From Mobula birostris (Eukaryota): a stretch of DNA of 64,000 bases. Made by a program: the position numbers and the translations under genes. Where the stretch lies: assembly GCF_030028105.1 (NCBI RefSeq), contig NC_092374.1, forward strand, positions 171,516,432 through 171,580,431, read 5' to 3'. The notes below the pieces were generated by a model. The model worked only from the letters and a program-made list of their open reading frames with translations. It was not told the DNA's origin and did no database searches. This document shows positions 49,622-62,949 of the stretch, one piece after another. How positions within the stretch are numbered: the stretch's first letter is position 1; each line of letters starts with the position of its first letter.

Positions 49622-50412
49622 AGAACACAAGAAATTCTGCAGATGCTGGAAATCCAGAGTAACAATGGCAAAATGTTGGAAGAACCCAGCAGGTCAGGCA
49701 GCGTCGATATAAAGGAATAACCAGACAATGTTTCTGGCGGAGACCCTTCATCAGGACTCCACACCTATTTTATTTACACCAGACCTGTTGTCCTTCACGA
49801 TTAACCAAAATAATCAGTGGGTCTTCATCCAAGAAGACTGGAGCAAAATCTTTGATTTCTCTGCCGTATTCTTAATCCCTATCACAACACACAAAATGCT
49901 GGAGGAACTCAGTAAGTCAGGTATCATCTGCAGAGGAGACTGGACAGTTGATGTTTTGGGTCGAGACCCTTCATGAGGGCTAGAAAGAAGGAAGACAGCC
50001 AATGTGAAAAGGTTAGCCGGGTGTGGCACAAGAACCAGTGGGTGATAGGTGGATCCAGGTGAGGGGGAGACCATAAAACCATAGGGCATAGGAGCAGAAT
50101 TAGGCCATTTGGCCCATTGAGTCTTTTCTGTCATTTCGCCACGGCTTATTTGTTGATGGGAGAATGGGAATGATGTCAGAAGCCAGGAGGTGAGGGGTGG
50201 AAGTGATAAAGGAATAAAGAAGCTAAAATCTGATAGCAAGGACAGTGGACTATGGAGGTGAGGAGAAGAATTGGAAGGAGAGAGGTATGGGTGATGGGCA
50301 GATCAAACTGGTGGGGTAGGGAAAGAGATGGAGTGATGTGCCTGGTGGGATAAGGGATAAAATGGGGGGACAGAGCAGAGTGGTTACTAGAGAAATCAAT
50401 GTTCACGCCATC
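49622..50412 (-). mobile_element. Two PLE pLTR copies (49622-49758; 49885-50412) with degenerate hammerheads
   Basis: Minus strand gtc-ctgatga-agggtctccgcca-gaaa; ctcatga-agggtctcgaccc-aaaa; ORF end MNIDFS. Confidence 0.8.
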
Positions 50413-51033
50413 TACTTATTCCTCATACACTTCTGTTTCAGTTGAGGGAGATTCCAAAACCACGTGATACATTGCAACAAGAAAGTAGCCACTAAATCAA
50501 TCCAGGTTGTTTTCCATGGGTAGCTGGGAGAATGTGGAATGCACTGTCTGCAGGAGAGTTCATGGTGAGGAACATTTAACAGCAAGCTGGATATACCCAT
50601 GGAATAGAGGGAGCAGCTGATGGAGAAGGGTGGTAAGAAGTTAGGTGCATGACAGGAATTTCAGTACGAAGCAGAGGTGTAGAATGGCCCATTTCTACTT
50701 AATACTGTTGGAAACTATGAGTCTACTTCAGCAAACACACTTGATTGTTTTATCTAGAGGCCAGGGTCCTGCATATATTCAGCTCATTCGTCCTCATAAG
50801 CAATTCTTTTAAGCAAGGCCACAAATTCCTCTCAAATCAGAATCTAATCATTTTGAAGGTTCCATAGAGTGAGATCAGCAATTGGCTGACTGATTGATTC
50901 ACTGATAAATTGCTTAAGGGAGGCACCATTTACTTCTTCTGGCAACTGACAAAAAGCTGACTTGTGCACTACAAACTATCTTAGCCACTCTAACATTGCA
51001 AAGGAGGTGAGCAATGTCCTTTCTAGCAGGAGA

Positions 51034-51462
51034 TGCCACCATGGTTCGGGTATGGCCCAAGTGCGGGGAGAGAGACACTGAAGCAGGTCGATAGTTCGCA
51101 GACTTTAATACGAACCGTGTTAAAGGAAAATTAAAACAATAAATGCTAGGCCAGACAGGGCCATTAACTAAAACTCTCAAAAGGAAAATGAAGCCTACAC
51201 TGTGGCTGAAAAGAACATCTAAAACATTAAACGAATACCACTAGTCTTCAGAGTCAGTTGATTTGAAAGTCCAATATCTCGGGGAAGACTGAATACAAAA
51301 CAGCAGCGAAGTGTTGCTATGCTCTGTCCAAGTGTCGACAAGCACTACGACGACCAGAATGGAGTTAAATACTATCGCGATTTAATAATAATTACCTGAC
51401 ACGTGCAAATTCACAAACGCAATTGCCGTATCTACTGCGCTGCCGAATCCATGATTGTGACA
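51034..51462 (-). mobile_element. Gypsy-type solo LTR (429 bp)
   Basis: TG...CA with inverted termini tgccaccatggttcgg / ccgaatccatgattgtgaca; perfect 5-bp TSD ggaga (51029-51033, 51463-51467). Confidence 0.85.
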
Positions 51463-51549
51463 GGAGATACTCCGAGTTACTGGAACCAGCAGTGTAACAG
51501 GGCTGACAAGTCTGTCACCCATCCAATTACCCAGCACACGCATACAATC

Positions 51550-51960
51550 GCAGAATCCCTCATCTTCAGCTTCTGGTGTTCTTCCCTCCCTGCCTCACCA
51601 TCTCCCTTTCTCCCCTCGGTTACTTTTGTCTCTGTTGGCTCCCCTCTCTGTTTCTCTGCCCCCTATCACTCGAAATTCCTCCAGTTCTACAACCCCCTAA
51701 TTCTGCTTTCTTAATACCACCCCACTCCCCGCTCTGATTCCCATCACGTCACCACAACCAGTTGTCCAGGCCCCAAGGTCTGGAACTTCCTCCATCTCTT
51801 CTTCCCTCCCTGAAGGATCCTTTTTAGAAACTATTTCTGGTGAAGCTTGTGATCATGTCCAAATGTCTTCCTATGAGTCTTAATGGTGCAAAATCCTTCT
51901 TCGATGGACCTTGGTTCACTTTATGTCAGTTACAGCATTACGAAGATGCACGTGAGTAAG
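51550..51960 (+). mobile_element. Ancient L2 LINE 3' end
   Basis: cctccagttctacaaccc and aggccccaaggtctggaacttcctcc resemble the L2 consensus from memory. Confidence 0.55.
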
Positions 51961-52094
51961 CAGAGTGGTGATAAACAGGGTGAACAACAGCAACAGGTCA
52001 GAGGTGGGAACCAGTGTGAAGACAGGCCCTCAACAGTTGGCTTCCTGCCCTCTCCACCAGCCATGTGCCATTCCCCCAACACTTAATTCTCATA

Positions 52095-52438
52095 GTTAGT
52101 CATAGAGAAGCACAGCACAGCAACAGTCCCATCAGCCCATTGAGTCTGCGCTGACCATCAAAAGGCCATTTACACTCCGAATGAGGTTTAACTGGAATCC
52201 TACAGTGATCCCTTTTTATCCTCCCCACCACCCAGATACTACCACTCACCCGTACATTAGGGGTCATTTATAGCAGCCAACTAACCCACCAAACCACGTG
52301 GCTTTGGAATGTTGGAGGAAACGGGAGTAGCCCGGGGAAACCTGCACCGTCACAGGGATAACGTGCAAACTCCACACAGACAGTGCCCAAGATAAGGACT
52401 GAAGCTGAGATGCTTTAACAATAAGGAAGCCGCTCTAC
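52095..52438 (-). mobile_element. V-SINE/HE1-like SINE
   Basis: acgtgcaaactccacacagacag; gggaaacctgcaccgtcacaggg. Confidence 0.8.
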
Positions 52439-53860
52439 TTGCTGATGGTACTAAAGTAGGGGGTCTTGATGATAGTGAAGCAGGTTACCATGAACTACAA
52501 ACAGATCTTTATCAATTAGGGAGGTCAGCTGAGGGATGGCAGATGGATTTCAACTTAGGTAAGTGTGAGGTGATCCATTTTGGACAGTCAGTCGGGTAGG
52601 ATCTACACAGTGAATGGCAGGGCATTGACAAGTGTTGTGGAACAGAGGGACCTGGGAGTACTAGTACACAGTGCACTGTAAGCAGCCGTCGCAAGTAGGC
52701 AGGGTGGTGACGAAGGTGTTTAGCATGCTGGCCTCCATGCCTTCAGCCAGGGCACTGAGCTTAAGAGCTGGGACATTGTACTACCGTTACAGTTCATAAG
52801 TTGTTGGTGAGGCCGCACTTTGAGTATTGTGTATAATTTTGGTCCCTCTACTATAGGAGAAACATTGTCAAGCTGAACATGGTGCAGAAGAGATTTCTAT
52901 GAGGATGCTGTCTGGATTGCAAGGCCTAGATTAATCATAAGAGAAAAGAAAGAATAGCCTTAACTCGGCAGTGGAGTTATCGGGGCACCGTCATGACGGT
53001 GTTTCCGTAGCAAGCTATTCTTGTTTTTACGAGGCCGAGTTGCTAGCTCGATGCTCAGCCCGACTTCGATTCAAACTCCAAAACCTTCGCTCTGGGGTCC
53101 GGCACTGATATTATTGTGCCACCAAGCATACTGGATTAATCATACCGGATCTTTATTTCTTGGACCACAGGAGAATAAGAGATGACCTCATTGAAGTTTA
53201 TAAAATCATGAGGGGTTTAGATAAAGTGGACAATGTTTGTCTTTTCCTCAGGGTTGGTGAGTTCAGAACTAGAGGGCACAGATAGAAGAGAAGGGGCACC
53301 ACAGTAATGCGGGAGTTAGTGCAACGCTATTCCAGCTCGGGATGTCAAGAGTTCAGAGTTCAATGCCAACGCCATCTGTAAAAGGTTTGTACGTCCTTCC
53401 TGTGAGTGCATGGGTTTCTTCCAGGACTCCAGTGTCCTCCCATATTACAAAGACAGACCAGTTAGTCGGTAAATTGGTCACTGTAAATTGTCCTGTGATT
53501 AGGCCAGGGTTAAGCAGCTGGGTTACTGGGCACTGAAGCTCATAGGGCCAGACAGGTCTGTCCTTATTACTAAATAAAGTATATAAAAATAAGAAAGGGC
53601 AGATTTAAAAGAGACTCTTTAGGCTGAGAGGTAGCTTCTTTACACAGAGGACAGTGAGTACCTGGAATGAGGGGCCAGAAGACAAGTTGAGCCGGGTGCA
53701 ATTGTAACATTTAAGAGACATTTGGATAGTTACATGGAGGTGAGGAGCTTGGAGGATAATGGGCCAAACATGGGCAATTAGGCCTAGCAGGGAGGACGTT
53801 GTGGTCAGCATGGACCAGTTGGGCCAAAGGACCTGTACCATGTTGTATTACTCTATGGTA
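52439..53860 (+). mobile_element. Old CR1 RT/3' end hosting two SINEs (52940-53133 and ~53292-53580)
   Basis: WQMDFNLGKCEVIHFG, LVRPHFEYCV, DLIEVYKIMRG. Confidence 0.85.
52940..53133 (-). mobile_element. tRNA-headed SINE of a different family, with 11-bp TSD
   Basis: A-box-like tggcacaata, B-box-like gtttgaatc; TSD gattaatcata (52929-52939, 53134-53144). Confidence 0.75.
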
Positions 53861-54429
53861 CTATAAATTACCTTCATTCCCACAAAATCCCAGCAACAAC
53901 CTTAGGAATACTCAACAACAGAAAGGTAACCCACTAGCCCCTGAAGAAAGTAACTCCTACTCCATTTCCTCCTTGCAACAAATCTGAAGTCATGTGATCT
54001 GTGTTGGCTCCATTACCTTTCCCAAATGTAAAGTGAGGGCATCTTAAGTCTTTCTTAGACCAGCATTTCTTGCCCATCTCAATAGTGAACATGAGGATGA
54101 GCGGGATTCTTGAACCATTCTGGTCCCCAAGGTGTTGGTGGGGCAGCAGTTCCAGAACAAGATCTAGAGACAATGAAGTACCGGTGATCTGTTTCTAAGT
54201 CAGAGAAGAACCCATTGGTGGAGGTGCAGCCCATTGTCAATTGTCACCATTCCACCCCCAACATCCTCAAAAAAATCTTAGGATGTGTTCCAGACACATT
54301 CACTTACACTGGGGAAAAGCCAGGAGATGTGCTCCCCTCCCCAAAATTTAGAAAATAACATCCTGAGATTTGTTTTTTTCCACCTCAAAGCCCTGAATGC
54401 AATATATTTTTCTGCTGCCCACACCACAA

Positions 54430-54796
54430 TACAGAAGGTCCTAAGAACAGAAGATTCCTCTCATCTCTGAATCCTCCACACCATCGAGGACATCTTCAAG
54501 AGGCAGTGCTTCAAAAAGGCAGCATCCATTTCTAAAGATCTTCACCATCCGGGACATACCCTCTTCTCATTATTACCAGTAGGGAGGAGATACCTGGGCC
54601 TGACAGCACACACTCAATGATTCAGAAACAGCGTCTTCTCCGCTATCAAATTTCTGAATGGTCCATGAACACTTCCTTGCTATTCCAATTTTTTACAGTA
54701 TCTATTTCGTAAATTATAGTAATTTTATGCACTGTATTGCTATTGTAAAACAAATTTCACATAAGCTAGGTCAGTGACAATAAATCTGATTCTGAA
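54430..54796 (+). mobile_element. Rex1/Babar 3' end
   Basis: aaggcagcatccatttctaaagatcttcaccatcc; tail aataaatctgattctga. Confidence 0.8.
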
Positions 54797-55995
54797 TTAC
54801 AGTGAACTAAGTCAGTCAGTCAGGAATGGACGCCTTGAGGTGAGGGATTGAAAGTGTGTTGAGTTTACCAGTTGCAAAAGGTAAAAATTACTCTCTCCCA
54901 CAATGATAATGTTTAACACATTTTCCCCACGTTATGCACACAATGATGAACAACTGAGAGGCATACAGTTTAGGAGCGGCTGTCAATTGTATCTGCCTCT
55001 CATAGACTAAAAACAATAATACAAGCAATTGCAGGATTCACCAGGTTGAGGCACAACATTGAGTCATAATTTGGAAGGCATCGTCACTACAACAAACTGC
55101 AGCCTTTTTTAGGCAGCTTCAGGTTCCTATGCTTAACTAAATATGGAAACAGGATGAACAGCAATGAAGGGTGTGCATGTTCTATGCAGTCAAAAGTTCT
55201 CTCGTGGAGAGGGTGTCAAGCCATGGATAGAGAGCTCCGCCTTGGAAAGATCCCAAGAAACTCTGGAGGAAGAACATCAACAACTGCCCTGGTGACTTGA
55301 GCCAATACTTACAATAACATTGTTGGATTGGGTGTGTATAATTGTTGTGTTTCTTGTAGTTTAACCTTATATAATCACCTCTATGCATGTGAGTTTTCCA
55401 CTGGTTATAGCTGCCTCTGTATTTTTGTGGAAACTTCTTGATTTCGTTTGCGAATGTCACATTACTTGAATCTGGCTATCTTAATGGTTAACTGCGATCA
55501 ATGGAATTTCTGTTACCTTTGCTCTGGTATGAGTAGACTGCACTATTTTTTAATCTCTCTCTTTCCTTTGTCTCTTGTCCTGCTTCTTCATCTCTCACAC
55601 ACAAAATGCTGGAGGAGCTCAGCAGTTCAGGCTGTATCTATTGAAATGAATGAACTGTCAACGTTTTGGCGGAGAACTCGATGAATCTCAGGGTAGGATA
55701 TGGTGATACATATGTAGTTTGATAATAGATTTACTTTGGACATTGAGTCTGCTGGGTTAGTCCAAGTCCGAATCCAAGTCTGCTGGAGGCTGGACGGTGA
55801 AGAAGGTGGCCTTTCTTGGGGTTGGAGGACTGGACATGGGTGGGAAGGAGGAACAGGGCTTGTTTTGCTGTTGTTGTTTACTTGCTTGTGTTCTGCCGAA
55901 CATTGTTGGCACCAGAATGAGTGGCGATACTCGTGAGCTGCCCCCAGCAAACCCTCAGTTTACTTTGGTTGTTATTGCAATCAATGCATTTAACT

Positions 55996-56205
55996 AACAC
56001 ACAGTAAATGCTGGAGGAACTCAGCAGACCAAGCAGCACCTATGGAAAAAAGTGCAGTCAACATTTCGGGCTGAGACCCTTTGGCAGGACTCTGTCCCAA
56101 ACCATCGACTGTACTTTTTTCATTAGATGCTGCCTGCTGAGTTCCTTCAGCATTTTATGTGTGTTGCTTAGATTTCCAGTATCTGCAGATTTTCTTTTCT
56201 TTGTG
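55996..56205. mobile_element. PLE pLTR fold-back insertion with hammerhead motif
   Basis: Inverted arms; perfect 13-bp TSD aatgcatttaact (55983-55995, 56206-56218). Confidence 0.9.
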
Positions 56206-58504
56206 AATGCATTTAACTGTATATTTCAATGTACACTTGATACATAAACATGAACTTTTAATCTTCTGTATACCACCAAACACTCAGTGAAAAACATACC
56301 CCTCAGATCCTTTTTGAATTCTTTCCCTTCTTACTTCAAACCTACGCTCTTCAGTTTTAGACTCCCTACCCTGGGACTAAGACTATGACCATCCACCAGA
56401 TCTATGCCTTTATCCTCAGTGACTGTTCAACACCTTGCAACACCCAAAGCTGGGAATGGTGATTGGCTTCCTTCACTTTGAAGAGTGCAGACAAAACCAA
56501 GGGAACCACTCTTAATTCTCATCAGTATTTCATATGCCTATTTGTAGAAGCATAAAGCCTGGCTCAGTGTGCACCAAGTTCAACAATACCAGCAACAATG
56601 GCATACCTGCACGAATCTCTCAAGCACACTTTCTCAGCCAAGTGATTCCAATGCAGTTAACCTATCATGACCTCAACAGAGGGTAGTGAGTACCAGGAGG
56701 AGCTAACAAAGATAGTGGTCAAGAAAGGTACAATTTCAACATTTAAAAGGCATTTGGATAGATACGTGGAGGGGGAGGGCTTCGAGGGTTATGAATTGAA
56801 CATGGACAACTGGGAATAGCAGGTCTGATGCAGTGGTCAACATGGACCAGTGGGCTGAAGAACTTGTTTGCATACTATATCATTCTGTGCTCTAAGGCTC
56901 TGCTTTCCACTGGCTTTCTGAACTTCACAAACTTCATTTCATCCAAATTACTGAGGCTGAAACCCCCAGCACCAACAATTCCCTGCTTCCTGGGTTTATA
57001 AACCCAACCACGTCACTTTCACCTCCAGTTCATCCAGGACTGAAGTGAGAAAGGTTGTGAGTCCTTACAAGTCTCTTCCCTAGATGTTACAAAGGCTTCA
57101 GTCATCCTACCTGGTATCATGAAGGTGATATAGAAATGCAGGGATTTCTTGCATTTTGGTAAGTTCAAGTGACACCATGGCCAAGAATGACCCTGCTTCC
57201 ATTTCTTATATTCCTGTTAAACATGTGCAAATGTAGGTGTCCCTTTCTCTGGTCACCTCTTTTGTCCTTTACCACCCGTCCCCCAGCTGTGGAGGCCAAC
57301 TTTTTAAAGTTGATGTTAATAGGTTCTTAATTGGTAAGGATGTCAAAGGTTATGAGGAAAAGGCAGCAGAGTAGGGTTGAGGAGGGAAGATAAATAAACC
57401 ATGACGTAATAGCAGAGGATATTCAATGGACCAAATGGCCTAATTCTGCTCCTATACCTTATGGTCTTATGGTTACCTAGATTCACCACCTCCTCCATTG
57501 GCTCATCTAGTTCCATCTACCATCTACTCGCACCCCACCCTCTCCTCTTAATACTGGCTAGCTTCCTCCAGCGCTCTTGCAGAGTCCCATCCTGAGCCAC
57601 CCTTTTGCCTTCACAGATGCTAACTGACCCATTGAGTTCCTCCAGTGGCGTGTTCTTGCTCCAGGTTCCAGTGGCTGCAGTTTCTTGTGTCTCCAGCGAG
57701 AGACGGCCTCTCAATGGAAGATCCCAAGATTCAGGATAGAAGGGTGCCATTGGGAGGAAAGCCAATCACCAGGGGACAAGTTGAACACCTGAATTTCCAG
57801 TAACAGCTTGGCCTGTGCCAGAAATTATCATTATAGCGTCCATTTTCCAGGAGGAATTTATTTAATGGTGATCACTAATTACTCTTACACAATAATATGT
57901 AATAATTATGTGGTTTTGTCAGTTTTAGTCTTGGTTTGTCCTGTTTTTTTTGTGATATCATTCTGGAGAAACGTATCATTTTTAATGCATGCATTTCTAA
58001 ATGACAATAAATGAAGACTGAGTGTCCTCATAATCTAATCTAAAAAATTTAATAAAATTCAAATTCAAAGCTGTAAACAAATACAACCTCAAAACCATGC
58101 ACCTTTAACCATGATCTGAAGACATTCATTCCCATTATTGGTGTAAGGATAGTACAAAGTAGCTACAGAACATTGGGATGAAATGCCTGGACTTTAAACC
58201 AGAGGTTCTGGAGAGCCACCAGTTAACCGAGTATGCTGTAGCTACTCAATGACTGAAAGGTGGAGTGCAGGCGTACACTTCTGAGGGGCAAATATACATT
58301 ATGCGCCAGAGATCAATAGGATCTGCAAACAAGCCCAGTCAGTGCCAAAGATTACAAAAGGCAACATAGAGGTCAACCCAGTGATTCTCAGAGTAGCTGA
58401 GCTACACTGCAGAAACGGGTTGTAAGGATGGTATGGCTCAAAGGCCAGAAGGGCCACACCATGCTTTAGCGCTAAATAAATAATAAATAAAAAACTAAAT
58501 AAAC

Positions 58505-58895
58505 AATGGTTCTGGGCCTTTACTCACTGGACTTCAGAAAAGTGAGGAGGGATCTCATTGAAACCTACAGAATATTGAAAGGCCTGGACAGAGTGGATGT
58601 GGAGAGGATGCTTCCTACAGTGGGGAAGTCCAGGACCAAAGGCCAAAGCCTCACTCAGAACAGAGATGAGAAGGAATTCCTTTTGCCAGAGGGTAGTGAA
58701 TCTGTGGAATTCATTGCCACAGATGGCTGTAGAGGCAAAGTCATCAGGTATATTTAAAGCAGAGTTTGATAGCTTCTTGATTAGTCAGGGTGTCAAAGGT
58801 TTCGGGGAAAAGGCAGGAAAATGGGGTTGAGAGGGACAATAAAACAGACATGATGGAATGGCGGAGCAGTCTTGATGGCCTATGTCTTATGTTCT
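58505..58895 (+). mobile_element. CR1 3' end
   Basis: LGLYSLDFRKVRRDLIETYRILKGLDR; QRVVNLWNSLPQ. Confidence 0.9.
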
Positions 58896-61027
58896 AATGG
58901 GCTTTACCAACACTACATTGCAAGGAATAGCATCACCAAGCCTAGCTCTCGGTGGTGAGTTTAGTGGGGGACACTGTGCAGTTACACAAGGGTGGGGCAG
59001 TGATGGTAAAGCTAGCATGTACTGTAGAGTCACACAACACACAAAAAGCCTCCTCATTCCATTAACCAAAGTGACCATCCAAGCTTGCGTTTGACCCACC
59101 TCCCTCTAACCCTTTCTTATCCATGTACGTGTCTGCCCCACTGTCTTTTAATTGTTCTTATTGTACTCAATCACTTCCTCTGGAATCCTGTTCCATATAC
59201 TCACCACCCCCTGTGGGGAAAATCTTTCTCCTCTCACTTTAAACCTCTGCCTTCTAGTTCTTGATCCCCAACACTGAGACAAAGACTGATGCATTCACCC
59301 TGTCTATGCCCCTCATGATTTTATACACCTCTACAAGATCACCTGACAATCTCATACACACTAAGATACAAAGAGAAACATTAGAGTTCAGCACTTGACT
59401 CCCTGAAAGTAGCATCAGGTGGGCAGGGTGGTGAAGAAGGAATGAAGTCTAACGTGTCCAATATCTCTCTAGAACTCAGTTTGTCAAGTCCTGGAGCACC
59501 TTTGTAAACCTTTTTTGCATTCTTTGCAGTTAAACTTGTCAAAAAATGACAAGTTTAAGTTTAATTCAAGTTTAATAGTCATTCAACCGTACATGAATAT
59601 AGGCAAATGAAACAGCATTCCACAGGGGTCAAAGTGCAAAACATATTACCAATAGCACACAGCACACTGCACATAGCACAAATAGCATATATGGTTACAA
59701 TTACAAAAAAAACATACAATCTCAGAGAAAAGAATATATAGCCCAAGTCCCTGAATGGCATGACTGTAGATTGATAGTGAGTTGTCCTGGTCCTGCTTGT
59801 TCTTCCACTGAGCAAACACTGGAGAGCAGCACCGAGTGAACCACAGAGAGAAGCACTGAGCACACACTGGAGAGCAGCACCAATGGGAGGGGTCAGCCCC
59901 CACACCCAATACGGATTCCAGTGCACCTACAGAGACCTCTGCTCTCTTCCACACTGCCTCTTTCATCGCCTCCCCTAGGTGACTGCAGCAGACGATCCTG
60001 TGGTGGAGACCTAGTCCTCATAACAGCCAAAGCACCGCAGCTCCTCCACCATCAGTCTCGCCAATGAACCAGTGAAATGGACTTGCAATATTCTATGTTA
60101 CCGATGCAATCACAATTAAAAACATCTGAGACAGTCACCGGCACTGCACATCACCTTGGCACAACAATGATACACACCAAGTCCAGGTGACAACACAACA
60201 CCAGTGTGCAACGCCCAGCTCCATGGCTTCCAAGCGACTCGCTGATGGGATAGTTCCTCAGCATCATGTTCTTAGCATCTACAATGGACTTGCAATTGTA
60301 AAAACAAATACACATTTGATTGGACCCGGTGTGGATACTGTGTTCAGGTATGCCACCAGCTTACCGGAAGAACATCTTCCCAGCTGACAAAAACTAAATA
60401 CAGAATTCCAAATGCAGCTTTGCCAACGTCTTGCCAACTGTAACATAACCTCCCACCTTCTATACTCAGCAGCCTGACTGATGAAGCCAGTGTGCCCAAA
60501 GCCTTCTGCATCATCCTGTCCACATGCGACTCCACCTTCAGGGAATCACGTACCTGAACTCCAAGGTCACTCTGTTCTACATCACTCTCTACAGGTAGTG
60601 TAAAAGTCCAACATTGATTTGACTTTCAAAGTTTGTCACTTTGCACTTCTCCAAATTAAACTCCGTTTGCCATTCCTTGGCCCAGTTACCCATCTAGTGA
60701 AAATCCCCTGCTATTCTTGACAACTTTCTTCACTGTCTATGACATCACTTATTCTAGTGTCATCTGCAAACTCACCATGCCTTGTTCAGACTCGTCCTTG
60801 AGTTTCAAGTACTGCACTTTTTGGCATCCCATACATGCGATCAAGTGGTCGGAGACCCGTGGGATGGATGTTGGTGGGGGGGGGGGGTGGATTTTCTAGC
60901 TGCTGAGAGACCCGCGGCCTTCAGAAACAATAAGCGATCTCTTCCTCGCTATGAGTTGCTGTAGGATTTGTTCATTGGCAGAGCGTGGAGTCATCATTAA
61001 CTGCAGCAACCTCAATTCGAGGTGGCA

Positions 61028-61258
61028 GGGGAGCATTATGGTTAGCATAATGCTGTCATAGAACCAGCGACCTGGGTTCAATTCCAATCGCTGCCGGTAT
61101 GTTCTCCCCATAATTGCATGGATTTCCTCTGGACACTCTGGTTTCCCCCCACATTCCAAAGAAATATGGATTAGTAGGTTAATTGGTTACATGAGTGCAA
61201 TTGGACAGCACGGACTCACTGGGCCGGAAAGGCCAACCATGCGGCAAGTATCTAAATC
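61028..61258 (+). mobile_element. V-SINE/HE1-like SINE
   Basis: ggttagc A-box, gggttcaattcc B-box, V-domain. Confidence 0.8.
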
Positions 61259-62949
61259 TTAAAATTATTTCTTGGCAGTAACTCTGGCCCAAAGCTCTTA
61301 GGGCACTGTCCAGCTGAACCTCTGATCTACATGAGCCAAACAGCCCAGCATCCCTCTCGGTCCCACAGCCTCGACAGGCAATAAGGAACATGTTTGTGCC
61401 AAGAGCAAGCACAGCTCCCTGCAGAAAGTTACTGTTAAATATGCCTTCCACCCGCCCTCTCAGACAGGGTATTCTTACCAAATGTCATACTTGCATAATT
61501 ATCTGGTGCATCCAATTAAAACAATCCAGTAAAATAATGCAATACAATTCAAGTTAATTGAGCATCTGCCACTATGAAAGTACACAATAGAAAAATAAGC
61601 AGTGTGAGCATAAGAAGTCTCCATATCATTACACAATAAAGCTACTGTCAGAGACTTTAAAGAGTAACACCTCCTTGAATTACATTCTTTCTCAGTGTTA
61701 AGGTCGGTTCCCAAGTGTGATTTATGTTAGTGGTGAAGCACTCCACTTTATTATTTGTTACAGGCGATATCACATAAATTAATTCAACATGCTCCAATAA
61801 TTGCTTCAGATCGCCAATTACTACTTTGATAAACTTATAACAGAATTTTTGAAAGAGGGTGTTAATGCAGCTTAATTGCTAATTGGCAGTGGGTTTGTCT
61901 AACAATGATCGGCCACATCGGCAGCTTTCCCAGTGCTGGTGGGGATACAACATACATTTCAGGCCAATGCGTTGTTCCAATTAACATTTCTCACCGGCTT
62001 TAGGTGAACCCATCGTCGGTCACCATGGATGATTAGGGCTGAAGGGCCTGCTTGTATACTATGATTCTTCAACTGCTCTGGGGGAATCAAACTTTCCAAT
62101 AGATTATGAGAACACTCAGTCCTCTTTTATTGTCATTTAGAAATGCATACATGCATTAAGAAATGATACAATGTTTCTCCGGAGTGATACCACGGAAAAC
62201 AGGACAAATCAAAGACTAACACTGACAGAACCACATAATAGTCAAGGAGTCAAGCAGCACTTCAGCCCATCAATCCTATACTGGCCCCTATTTATTCTCC
62301 CACATTTTTACAACAGCAAGTTACGGGATAGAGGGTGGTCATTTAAAACTGAGGTGCTTAGGAAAGTCCTCTCACAGAGGTTGGTAAATCTCTGTCATTT
62401 TCTGTCCTGGAGGCTGGATCACTGGGATACTTAAGGAAGAATCAGATACATTCCGGAAAGGTCGTAGGGTTGAGGGCAGATCTGGCACAGAGAAGGAGCT
62501 GATGCCTGGCGTAGACTGGCCATGATCGCACTGACTGGCGGGGTAGGCTTGAGCAGCTGGGTGGCCTGCGCCTGCTCTTATTTTGTTGGGTTCTTCAGCA
62601 GTACACGACAACTAAAGCAACAACTGGAATTTATTTACTTCCTTCAACATTATAAAAATGTCCCAAGCTCATAGAGTCATAGATCACTACTCCACAGAAA
62701 CAGGCCCTTCAGCCCATCTAGTCCAGGCCAAACTGTTATTCTACTTAGTACAGCAGAAATGGGAAACAAGCTCACAACCAAGGCCAGAAGTGCATAAAAC
62801 TGGGAACTAGACTTACAATTTCAAAAGCGTCTGTCTTTATCCTTGGCCTCGCTGTTAATGTTCAAGCCAGGGATCATTTGCAACATGGTGGGGTGTTAGG
62901 AACGTGCTGTCTATGCTCCCCACTGCCTCAGGAAACCCTCCCAGCCTAG

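Noticed and set aside
55190-55395. Small exon candidates on both strands
   Set aside because: Weak or conflicting splice sites and no recognisable peptide
61028-61090. tRNA genes at SINE heads
   Set aside because: A/B boxes continue into the SINE body; no cloverleaf
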